From Blepharisma stoltei ATCC 30299 (taxonomy: Eukaryota; Protista; Ciliophora), in assembly GCA_965603825.1 (NCBI GenBank), contig CBFDEM010000012.1, positions 620,001 to 684,000 of the forward strand: a DNA stretch of 64,000 nt, written 5' to 3'. The position numbers and the translations under genes are program-made. The notes under the pieces are model-generated. The model did no database searches. It was given only the letters and a program-made list of their open reading frames with translations, and was not told the DNA's origin. Below, piece by piece: positions 48,370-59,330 of the stretch (its first letter is position 1; each line of letters begins with the position of its first letter).

Positions 48370-48650
48370 TAGAATTATTCCGCTTTGTTTAGGAACCAAG
48401 GGCAGAGTAGTTTTCCTACCAGACTCCTTACCTTAGGGGATTGCATTTCCAAAGTCCGCTACCTATCCGGGTTGTAGAGATTAGACACGACTCAAAGACT
48501 TTTTAAGCTTAAGAGTCGCCTAAACTCAAGCTTCAAGACTGATATCCTGATCGTAAGTAAGATAAGCTGAATACACTTTGGCAAATATGTTGCAAATGCG
48601 CCAATATGGTTTTGGAGACATCTGCGGCAGATAGGAACCTGGTAGTGAGC
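48370..48650 (-). ncRNA. Candidate structured non-coding RNA, family unassigned
   Basis: 43% GC (99/230 nt over 48421-48650) in an AT-rich spacer with no long ORF. Nested helices form with G-U pairs only on the minus strand, e.g. 48645-48633 with 48428-48416. Confidence 0.55.
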
Positions 48651-48706
48651 ATTAAATGTGATAAAATTAATTTAGATTAAACTTTAAATTAATTATTTAT
48701 CCTTGC

Positions 48707-50083
48707 CTATGAAGCTTTATTCATAATAATTTGGTCAAATGCTTTCGAAGCTTTATTTCTAATTTCGTCAAGAGTGAAAAATCTGCTGGTTTCATCAGGA
48801 TCAGCCATAGCGTCTATATCAATTTCTAATGGTCTTATCAAAGGAGATCTTGATTGGTTTCTTCCAATAAGGTTTTTATTGCCTTCATTTTTCTCATTAG
48901 AAATTGCAAGCAAAGTACTTATACACTCCTCAATTATATTAATTTCTGATAAATCAGTTTCTAGCTGAAATTCTCTACAAGTAAACCCAACTCCACTGAG
49001 CATTTTTTCTATTTCAGAAATTGGGTTTAATAATGTTTGGAATATTTCTTGTGTTTTTTTATAAGCATCATTTTCTGCTTCTATATTTTTCACTGTCTCT
49101 TCATATGCCTTATTTATTTGGTCAATTTTTTCTGCCTTGGTGCTTTCAGAAAACCCACGGGTTTTATGAAAATTCGAAATCTGGTCTTTATATTTTTCTA
49201 TTTCTTTTTGAATTATAATAATTTCTTCCCCTAATTCATACATATATTGGGAAAGTCTAGTATTTTCATCAAAAGTGGTGACAAATAAATCAACAATTTC
49301 TTGGAAGCTATCAATTTTGCATTGATTTGTCATAGTTTCCATGCCTGAGTTAAGCTCTTTGATAAAATCCATGTAGCTGTTTATTTTTTCATTTATTTCT
49401 ATGCAGGAGTCTTTTCAGACTTTAGCTTGATTTTTTGAGAGTTGAAAGAGCTCTGAAGCATTAACTGTGGGTTCTGCGAAATTTACAGTAATTCCTTTGA
49501 GAAATCGATTTTCAGACATTTTGCCTTCTAAAAGTTGGCTGCTCAACAGGCTGATCTTTTGGGAATAATCATTCCGTGTTGAGCTCAAGGAATTTTGTAT
49601 TTTTACAATTCGTCCTTGATTTATTTCATCTTTGTTAAAGTTGAAAACTGAGACTTCGCTAGCGCTCTTTCTAAGCCTTGTAGTGCTTAAAAGCTGAATT
49701 TCTAATTGTTGGTTGGATTTAAGTAGAGACCCTTTATCTTTTCTAAGCATATCGATTTTATCTTGCAGTTTTTTATTTGTGCTTTTCAGCTCACTTAGTC
49801 TCTTAAATTCTCTTTCCAGTTCATTTTCAAGCATTTTAATCTTATCATCTCCTTGCTTTTTCCGTTTTTCTCTACTCTTGTATTGATTTTTTGAAATTCT
49901 CTCATTAAGCATGGCCTTGATTTCTTCTAAATCTTTTCCAAGAAGAGTTGATTGTCTTCTTTCATGCTCCAATTTTCTGGTTAAAGCTTCTACTTCGCTT
50001 TCTAAGCTTTGCACTTCATTCTGAAGTAATGGCAACTTTACTTCAGAAATTGATCTACTAAGATGTATTAAGTTTTGATTCAT
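48707..50083 (-). CDS. Coiled-coil protein, outer dynein arm docking complex (ODAD1/CCDC63/114)-like, 458 aa
   Basis: TGA at 49415 joins two ORFs. NKKLQDKIDMLRK and IVDLFVTTFDENTRLSQYMYELGEEI resemble ODA-DC motifs. Confidence 0.6.
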
Positions 50084-50343
50084 TTATACTATTAATTAGA
50101 TATTTTTTATTATTTTGCGAAAACGCATAGAATTTAAAATTTTATGATAAAAAGAAAGCCTTATTTTATTTATAAAGAATAATATCTATATATGATTTTT
50201 GCAATTATAATATTTCAAATAATAATAAAAAATTTGATTAAATATTTAATATAAAATTCCTTATTACATTCCTAATGAATTTTTCATAAATAAAATAGAT
50301 TTCAAGCTTTATTCGTCAAATTTTCAATCTACAGCTTATAAAC

Positions 50344-51414
50344 ATGGCAAAGGCTCATAACGTCTCAACAGCAGCACGAGATTCAAGACTCGCTGATGAA
50401 GAATCCAAACAGCGCTTTACATATAGCGCTACCAAGATTATCGGTAATGGCAGCTTTGGTACAGTTTATCAATCTTCTGTAAATGAAACAGGCGAAACTG
50501 TTGCAATCAAAAAAGTCTTCCAAGACAAAAGATATAAAAACCGTGAGCTCGCTATAATGAAAGAGCTTAGCCACCCGAATATCATAGGGCTCCGGCACTA
50601 TTTTTACACAAAAGGTGACAAAGATGACGAAGTCTACCTAAATCTCGTGATGGATTTCATTCCTGACACAATTTATAAAGTCATGAAAACTTATAATAAG
50701 CAAGGTGAACAAATGCCTTTGATCTTTGTAAAGCTTTACACTTATCAACTTTTAAGGGCTCTAGCCCACACTCACGCTGTAGGAATTTGCCATAGAGACG
50801 TAAAACCTCAAAACATGCTGGTAAACTCTACAACGCATGAGCTGAAATTATGCGATTTTGGAAGTGCTAAAAGACTTATTCCTGGAGACCAGAATGTGTC
50901 TTATATATGTTCGAGGTATTATAGAGCACCTGAGCTTATTTTTGGGGCTGTTGAATATAAAGAGTCTATTGACATATGGAGCGCAGGATGTGTTACTGCT
51001 GAACTATTAATTGGGAAGCCTATTTTTCCAGGTGAAAGTGGGGTTGATCAATTGGTAGAAATCCTTAAAGTGCTTGGAACACCGACAAGGGAACAAATTC
51101 ATGATATGAATCCTAATTATACTGAATTTAAATTCCCACATGTAAAAGTGCAGACATGAAGTAGGATTTTGGGGCCAAATGTGCCTCAAGATGCGAGAAA
51201 TTTTGTAAGCTCTTTGCTGGTCTATTCTCCTCAGAGAAGACCTAATGCTTTAGAGGCGCTTTTGCATCCGTTTTTTGAGGAATTAAGACAAGAAACAACG
51301 AGGCTTCCAGATGGAAGTAGCCTGCCAGATTTATTTAATTGGACTCCACAGGAGCTGAGGTCAGTAAACCCCAGTGTGATTCAAAATTTAACACCTTCAT
51401 GGTATAGAAGATAA
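50344..51414 (+). CDS. GSK3: Glycogen synthase kinase 3 / shaggy, 356 aa
   Basis: [45 protein letters not shown]; TGA at 51157 is the conserved Trp. Confidence 0.96.
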
Positions 51415-51824
51415 TAAATTATAATTAGAATAAAAATTGCAATATGCAATAGATGTGTCCATGTGTCCATAAGTGCTTGTTTATTGAAATAATTACCTCG
51501 CTCTTTTAAAACTGGAAAATTCTTTTTAAAGAATTAAATATCCTTATTAGAATCCTAAATTTAAAAAATTCTTAATTCAAAAATATTTTATGATTGTTAT
51601 AATAGCTTAAATAAGGAATAAATTGTATAACTCAAAGGATAATAAATAATCGAGATCATTTAAGGTAGAGAAAAGAATAGGAAGGTGATGACATTAAAAA
51701 GTCAGCGATTAAACAATACCTCAAATTTTTTTGTAATAAATTATCACTGATCCAAACAATTGTCCTTAAGAGAATAATTTATCTGAAATTTAAAAGTTTT
51801 CTCAAAAATATTGGATGATAAAAA

Positions 51825-53186
51825 ATGGCCTCCAGAACTTGCCCTAAGTGGACCTTGTTTATTCCGTTATTTATCATTATCATAAGTTTTGGGCTGAATA
51901 TAGCAAGCCTTTCTCATCCTACATGGGTTTCACAAGGCAGTTCTTTAGAATTCAGTCTCACTAAATGTACTAACTGTCCATCCTCAAATGATCAATGAAG
52001 CTGGGAATGTTATGCGCAATATTACTGCGAGCTAAATGATGATCTCGGAGACTGTAAACTTTTCAAAGACGGCTATAAAGCATCTTATGCCTACTTGTTC
52101 CTAGAAGTTTTGTCATTAATGCTAACTGTGATGCTCATCGAAAAGCTCATAATTGCAGGGACAGGTGGAGATTATGGGAGCCCAATGCTCATTTACATTA
52201 TTTCAAGTTTTGTGTTTATCTGTCATTTACTAGCAACTATCATTTGGTTTGGGCTTTCAAAAGCGTCATGAAGTGGATCTTGTGATAGCACTAAAAACCC
52301 AACAACTGATACAGACAGGCCAGATTTTTGTGCTGAAGGCGGCCCAGCTATTGCTATTGCAAATATTTTTATAAACGCTTTTGCAGTTGTCGCAGTGTTT
52401 TTCTTCATGTGCAAAAGAGACAGACTTACAGATGGAGTCCGATTAGGTGTTGAAGATGGAAAATGGCTTTGTCTACCTACTAGGTATTGGATGTTTATTA
52501 CACTTTCTCTGCTATTTACAGGAATTATTTTCTTATTAGCAGCAATAGGAGAAGACAGCTGGGTAAAAAGAGATCCAAGAGCCCACCATATGCATGGTAG
52601 CTTATTAAGGTGCAAAGACTGTATCGCTGATTATGATTGGGTCGGCTGGGACTGCTTAGCTGGGAATGAATGCGACTCTGATAGCAGCTCTGGAGCTTGC
52701 CACTTATTTAAGCATTTAAGAGACTCTTCTTCAGCCTTTGTGACGCTAGCTGGAATTACTGTTGTGTTGATTGCTATGTTTATACAAGTGGTTTCAGGAA
52801 TTTTGAGTGGAAGGGACTATGGAATTCGAATATTGAATTATGTAAGATTTACTTAGGCTTATCCTGTATTAATTGCTTTATCAAATTTACTTGGGACAAT
52901 AATTTGGTTTGGGATCAGTAAAGCAGGATTTGATAAAAATTGTGATAACAAACAAAATGACCCTGAAGATACTTTAGATATATGCAGCACAACAGGCCCT
53001 TCTCTTTCAATTGTATCTAATTTCTTATTTGTTCCGATGGCTGTCATCTTCTTTATTTCTTATTGGAAAAGAGGTGAATCAAGACCATTAAGTGCACTCA
53101 CTCAAATAGAGACTCCTGGAAATACTCATGGACTTCATGACGTTACAAATTTCCAAGGTGGCTATCCTAAAAAAGTTGCACCATAA
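51825..53186 (+). CDS. 8-TM protein made of two tandem claudin/PMP22-like units; 2 exons, 448 aa
   Basis: ATG 51825; TGA=Trp; intron 52842-52856; TAA 53184. The two halves share W-V...SL..C..C...W.C...C...C.LFK, DYG, IIWFG.SKA, C...GP. Confidence 0.8.
52842..52856 (+). other. 15-nt spliceosomal intron
   Basis: gtaagatttacttag; removes an in-frame TAG; A at position 10. Confidence 0.9.
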
Positions 53187-53861
53187 CATAATAATTAACT
53201 TTAGTTATTCCGAAATTAATAGCAGCACTGTTTGTTTAGTAACATTTTTATATGTTTTTAAATTCAATTTGAAATTCCTAATAAAATCTACTTGTTATTA
53301 TTTTAGAGATTTGAAATATAAAAATAATTTACAAATAAGCTATTAAAGAGTAATATTAAGCAAAATTAATTTAAAATATATTTCAATGCTTTATTTTATT
53401 TATAATATTTGCAAGACCTTTAGATTTGCTAGATAATCTAATAAAATTTCAATAAAAATATTTATTCGCTGAATAATTAGCATCAAGCATTAATTAAATT
53501 ATATCAATTCGATTATAGCGAATGCTATATTTTTATAAAATCTGAATTTATTCAAAATAAATGAATTGACATTTTTAAGGTAACTAAAAAATTCGAAATA
53601 GGCATAGATTAATAATGATTCCCTTCAAACTTTTCTATGAGCTCTATCATTGAGGTGCTTGTTAATTGAAAAATTAAATGAGTAATAAAAATGAGCATCA
53701 TTTTCTGAGCAGATGAGTTGAAAATCTTCGTTGTTTTGAGCTAATGCATATTTAGCAAAAGTTATTGATTTATTCCATATACCAATTATTTCTCGGATAA
53801 ATTTCAAAAACAAAAAATCCTTTAACAAACCAAAGATAAAATAATTTATCAATAATTTATA

Positions 53862-56072
53862 ATGAATGCCTACATTATCAATAGGAGAAGGTCTAAACGA
53901 AGATATTCAGATATTTCACTTATGAGCAGCCTCGACGAACGCAGTTTTATCGATGAATCGCCAGAAATAGAGCCTCCAACAGAAGCTTGATTTCCAAGCA
54001 GACAAATAACAAGATCTCATTTGAGTACACCAAGTAGTATTTTCCTACTAGAAAGTGAAGTCCTCTCACAAAAGAGTTTTATTATCCAACCTGAATGCAA
54101 ATTTATTCTATATTGAGATATAGCTGTTAGCGTTTTGATAGCGGTACAATTGATATATACTCCAATCGTTCTATTTATGGAAGACTCTGAAAATAAAAAG
54201 CTAAGAAGTTGAGATATTTTGATAAACGAGTTGTTTATTTTGGATATTATAGTAAAGTTTAATACTGCTTCATATTCCAAAGGACATATAATAAAAAGTA
54301 GAATTGGAATTGCAAAGAAATATTTAACGTCTTGATTTTTATATGATATAATAGTAAGTATTCCTATTCAAGAATTTTATGAGCTATTTAGTTCTGAAAA
54401 AACGGATCACAATAGTTATGAATACTTTAGTATGCATCGAATTTTTGAATATACCAAAATAATTCGTGTTGTGAGAGTTGTTAAGTTAGCAAAAACAATG
54501 ACTTTACTGGAAGATTATGTAAAAAGTAAAAAAGTAGCAATTACATTTCGGTTTTTTAAACTTATGTTTATTGTATTTTATATAAATCATTGTGTGGCAT
54601 GCTTATGGTATTATATCAATTATGTCGATTCCTTCACGTTTCCTTTAACTTGGACATCCAAACTTCACTCACTAGGGCATTTTAATTTAAGCGATCTTTA
54701 TATTCGAGCTTTTTATTTTGCTATAACCACAACTTCAACGCTAGGATATGGAGATATCGACCCACTCACAATCCATACATTGATTTTTGACATTTTCAAC
54801 ATGTGAATTGCTGTCATTATTGTTTCCTATATAATTGGCAACATAAGTGATTGGGTAGTTGCTGAAACTATTGCCCATATAGATTTCCGGAAAAGAATGG
54901 TTAACATAAACAACTACATGAATGTAAAAAAGCTTCCAAGGGATTTAAAATTTAAATTGCGCACATATTTTGATTTTATCCGATTTTCTCGCCCAATCAC
55001 AAACTTTGATGAACTTCAAGTTTTTGATTTATTATCTGCGCCTTTAAGAGAAGAAATCGCAGGCATAACAAGAGGCAAAGTATTTAAAGAATGCTCTATT
55101 TTTCGACAGCTTTACAGTACAAAGCTAATAAATGAAATTTGTAAAAAAATAAAAGTTGAAAGATACGCACCTGATGATGTTGTATTTGAAGAAGGAGAAA
55201 AGGGTCAGTCTATTTATTTTATATCGTCAGGGATAGTAGAAGTTTACCATAAGGGAACTTTGACTATTTTTAAAGAACTTAATGAAGAGTCTTCATTTGG
55301 AGAAATTGGGTTCTTTGCTATGCATCCTAGGGAAGCCAGCATAAGGTGTCTTGCCTTTTGTGAGTTTATGGTCTGTCACAGAAGCGATTTAAATGAAATT
55401 TTAAAGACCAAGCCAGAAGCTAGGCAAAAAACTGATATGCTTTATAATTTTTGCCAAAGAGAAGTCCCTAATAAATATACAGCCTTGGGGACAAGATGCT
55501 TTCTTTGTAATACTTTAGGGCATACCGCGGCGAAATGCTATAAAGTTTTAGTAAAAATTTGTGATGATGATAGTAAGGAGAAATGGCTGAAAGAGAGAGA
55601 GTTTGGGAAAAAAATCAGAAAAGATATTGTAAAAAAACTTAGAATAAGACAATTGAGAAGAACACCTGGAAAATATAGCGTAAAATTCCCAGTAAATATA
55701 AAAAAACCTTTACATGAGACAGCAAATTTTTCACAAAAAGCAACTGCATATATGCAGGAAAATGAAACTTTCACACAAAAAGCAAGCGCATTCATAAAAG
55801 ATTTGAGGGAAGAACACTTCAAAACTATTAGAACAGATAAGGACATAACTACCAGGAAAACTTATTTAAATGTATTGGGAAATCCATCAAGTGAGTCAAG
55901 TGATGAAGAATCAAGCTGTAGAGGATTGTCTGATATAAGTATGACTAGTGGATACTCACATGTAAATAGTGAAAATTTATCCAGATTTAGATCTGATAAA
56001 TCAATAGGCGTTCGAGGCTCTTCTCGGGCAGAAGAAAATACCTTCTTTGAAATGTTTGACAGGAGCGCTTAA
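53862..56072 (+). CDS. Cyclic-nucleotide-binding-domain K+ channel (EAG/HCN-like), 736 aa
   Basis: Continuous frame with TGA=Trp (FILY-W-DI, KYLTS-W-FLYD). S4 IIRVVRVVK, filter TLGYGD, CNBD FGEIGFF...REASI, CCHC knuckle. The start could instead be 53922. Confidence 0.9.
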
Positions 56073-56337
56073 ACTGTAGGTACCAATGTAAATGTAATTA
56101 TTTTTGGCCAGTTTTTACTGGCATACACTTTGTGGGAATTTTTTTTCTCATGCTAATACATTAACAACTGTATTTTTCAAAGCAAATAATTTTCAAGAAG
56201 TTCTTAAAAATATTCTAGAAAAAAATTAAATGGTTTAGTCGCTATATTGAATATCCTAAATATTCTAAGAAAATACCTATATGGTAGTTTGCTGACTTAT
56301 TAATTTATTTTTTAAAATTACAATTACAGTATTTACT

Positions 56338-57909
56338 CTAAGCAGTCGTCAGCTTAACATTGACTGTATCCAATCTTCTATGCGTTTCAGCCCTAAAAGC
56401 TTCAACCATATCCCACTCACTTGATGGATCACTATCTTTTCCCTTACACAGATGATCCAATAGCCATACAGCTTCCTGGTATTTTTCTTTACTTTTCTGA
56501 TAATCCCTCAAAAATTCATCCTTAGCTCCCTCCTTGCACAAACTTATAGTATAATTATACAGCAAGCTATCCGCAAGCCCTTGTTTCCCAATCGAATCAA
56601 TAAAAGTTGCATATTTCGGGTCTCCTGAGCTTAAAATATGATCCACAATTTTACAAAGTTCTTCCGTCTTATCCTGATTCTCCAAAAATAGTCTTTTCAC
56701 CCTATCATGCTGTTCAAAAAAGTTTGGATACGACTCAGGTATTAAATTGTATTTATTTATCATTTGTTGGCTAAAATTCAACAAATTTTCCATCAAAGTG
56801 ACAGCTTTTACATACACAGCAAAACTCCCAATAATCTCATTATTTGATTTTATTTTTTCTGCAAATTTTAAAATAATCATAATAGTCTCTAATTGTTCTT
56901 CGACTGAGGACATAACTTCTGCTAAATTTATAGCTGGATGGTTATCTTTAGCAATAAATACAAAATCAGGGACTGTTTCTTCATTATCTAAAAGTATAAA
57001 ATCATCAGTCGACATAGGGGATTCTAGCTGCTCTGGGATTGGGATATTTGGAGCGATATCTGATGATAAATAAACGTCACTTGACCCTTTAGAAGCCATT
57101 AGAGAGCTATTATCTTCTTTTATCCCAGCTACAAAAGGGTGCTCAAAAAAGTCGTCAAAAGAAATCCTGTGTTTAGGATCATATGCAAGCATTCTTTCTA
57201 AAAGGTCTTTGCAGACTTGAGAAATTGCTACAGGAAATGGTTTAAGATGTCGCTGGGCATTTGGGATTTCTTCTTTACGCCGAGCGTTAAATGGAGCTTC
57301 ACCTGTGAGCATTTCGTAAAAAACGACGCCTAAGCTTCATATATCAGCTTTAGAATCATAGCCTTCTCTTAAGCGAAATACTTCAGGAGCCATATAAAGA
57401 GGAGTTCCAAGCCAAGACTGAGCTAAATCGTCGTCTAGAAATCGACTCATGCCGAAGTCAGCGAGTTTTAAGACTGCAGATGTTGAAGCTTCTGTCATAA
57501 GAATATTTTGAAGTTTCAGGTCTCGATGGATTATATTTTTCGATCTAAGAGCTTTAAAGCCTTCTGCCAAATGCTGCATCCATCTTTGAGCTACAGCTTC
57601 ATCAACTGGACCGTTTTGTTGTATAAACTGGCCTAAATCCCCACCTGAGCAAAACTCTAAAATGAGATAAAAATTGTTGTCGGTCTTTTGGACGTCCAGA
57701 AGTTTAACCACATAGTCACTGTCAACGGATCTTTGACAGAGAATTTCTTGTTCAAGCCTATTTTGCTGCTCAGGCTTTAAACCTTGTCGATTGATCATTT
57801 TAATTGCGATTTTGTTCTTAGACGGGATATGCTTCCCTAAAAACACAGTGCCAAAGGTACCTTTGCCAAGCTTAGCTTTAAGCTCATATGATCCTATTCT
57901 CTTTCCCAT
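56338..57909 (-). CDS. ATG1: Atg1/ULK serine/threonine kinase, 523 aa
   Basis: LEFCSGGDL, HRDLKLQNIL, LKLADFG, GTPLYMAPE, KADI-W(TGA 57337)-SLG, RISFDDFFEHPF, DDFILL motif and a helical MIT-like tail. Confidence 0.88.
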
Positions 57910-58553
57910 TTTGATTATAAATATTAAAGGGATTCAAGATCAATCAATAAGTTATCTTTATATAAGTTGCTTTATTACTGAGTATAGAATAACAAGAGGA
58001 AACTGGGCTTACTGCAGAAAAGAATGCTTAAGTTTTGAATTTTTGCTTAAAAATTGTAAGAAATGGATTTTCATCATTTATTTTATTGAACATTAATAAA
58101 TCCTTATTTATTTCTAAATATGCTTCTAGGCACTGTGTGAAGCAATCACTTTGTCAATTAAGAACTTAAACAAATAATTTTGTTTCTTAATTATATTATA
58201 AATAGAACTAATTAAAGCTCAATAAATTAAAAGTATTAAATCAATGATTAGCAAATCTAAAATTTTGCAGATAACAACTTTATATTAGCTTTTTGTCATT
58301 CTAGTACTCCTCTTTTCCAAAATCTCAGTTTTCTCGCTTGAAGTTAAATCTGCCAGCAACTTGAGAAATTTATAGAGAAATATCAGATAAAAAATATGAA
58401 TATAATTATAATAACTGTTAGAATTGTAAAAGCAATATTATTTGCAATAATAATCATAATAATTCTCACAACTGTAACTACTACAAGACTGACCATATAT
58501 ATAATTAGTAATATCAAGGATAGTTTTTTCTGTGCGAAATATCCTATAAAAGG

Positions 58554-58667
58554 TATGCTATTTGATATTATATTATATTACTTAAAATAATAAACTAAAA
58601 TCTAATTTTTTCTATTATTTTGTCACAGCTTACTGTGTTGATTTTAATGAAATTTTAAATTAGTATA
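58554..58667. mobile_element. IES-like TA-bounded insertion (112 bp plus one TA)
   Basis: The paralog has the empty site aaaaggTAgcactc (TA at 59601). Here aaaaggTA-tgcta...ttagta-TAgcccta, with inverted ends TATGCTATTT / TATACTAATTT. Removal restores the codons GLPFIGY. Confidence 0.8.
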
Positions 58668-58910
58668 GCCCTACCAACAAAATCGATTCATATACTTTTG
58701 TCAGAATATATATGTATACTAAAAAGAAATCAATAATACAAAAAAGTTTAGTCCAATTTGCAAATTCTATAATTTTAACTCTTCCAATTTGCATGTTTTA
58801 AATTTATGACTCATTTTTAAAAATAATAAAAAAATAATTTTTCCATGGTGCAGTAGTATTGAATGTTTTTTGACTTAGCATCATCTTCGTTATTAAAAAA
58901 GAAACATCTA

Positions 58911-59077
58911 CAGCTGGAGCAAAAATTTGCTGATTGAGCTGAGTAGGATGAGAAACAGCTGGAGCAAAATTATGCTGATTGAGCTGAATAGAATCAAAAA
59001 TAGCTGGTGCAAAATTTTGCTGATTGAGCTGAGTTGGATGAGAAACAGCTAGAGCAAAATTTTGCTGATAGAGCTGA
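58911..59077 (-). repeat. 45-bp tandem repeat, about 4 copies (QLNQQNFAPAVSHPT)
   Basis: Repeated ctgattgagctga...agctggagcaaaa; about three diverged copies in the paralog at ~59843-59960. Confidence 0.85.
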
Positions 59078-59330
59078 GGAATGGCATTATTTTTATTAAT
59101 TCATAGTGACAGAGGATGTTTTATTTCTTGGCTTGCAGTTTCGTCTTTAATCATGATTTCGTTGAACTCTTCTTCTTGCAACTTTTTTGCATAATCTTCA
59201 TCACTTAGAATTCTTATAGAACTAATTAATAATATGATAAACAAAGCTAGTTAGAGCTCAATAAATTAAAAGCAATAAGCCACTGACTAGCAAGTCTAAA
59301 AATATGAAGATGACTAATCTATATTAATAA

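Larger units (their letters stand above)
58285..59211 (-). pseudogene. Pseudogene paralog of the 59331..60094 membrane protein
   Basis: Start codon ATG changed to ATT (59211), frameshifts near 58870-58900 and ~58396, plus 112-bp and 59-bp AT-rich insertions. Confidence 0.85.

Noticed and set aside
48430-48445. Telomerase RNA template (minus-strand AAUCCCCUAA)
   Set aside because: It differs at two positions from a template for the heterotrich repeat CCCTAACA, and I see no downstream pseudoknot.
48370-48650. Cobalamin riboswitch next to the MMADHC gene
   Set aside because: The B12 box and GGGAA/ACUG core are not recognisable, and the stable fold is on the strand opposite MMADHC.
48416-48652. 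Small minus-strand gene (47-codon ORF MLTTRFLS...) with a 16-nt intron gtaaggagtctggtag
   Set aside because: Two TAA stops precede the putative intron, which is GC-rich, lacks the fixed branch A and coincides with the main helix strand.
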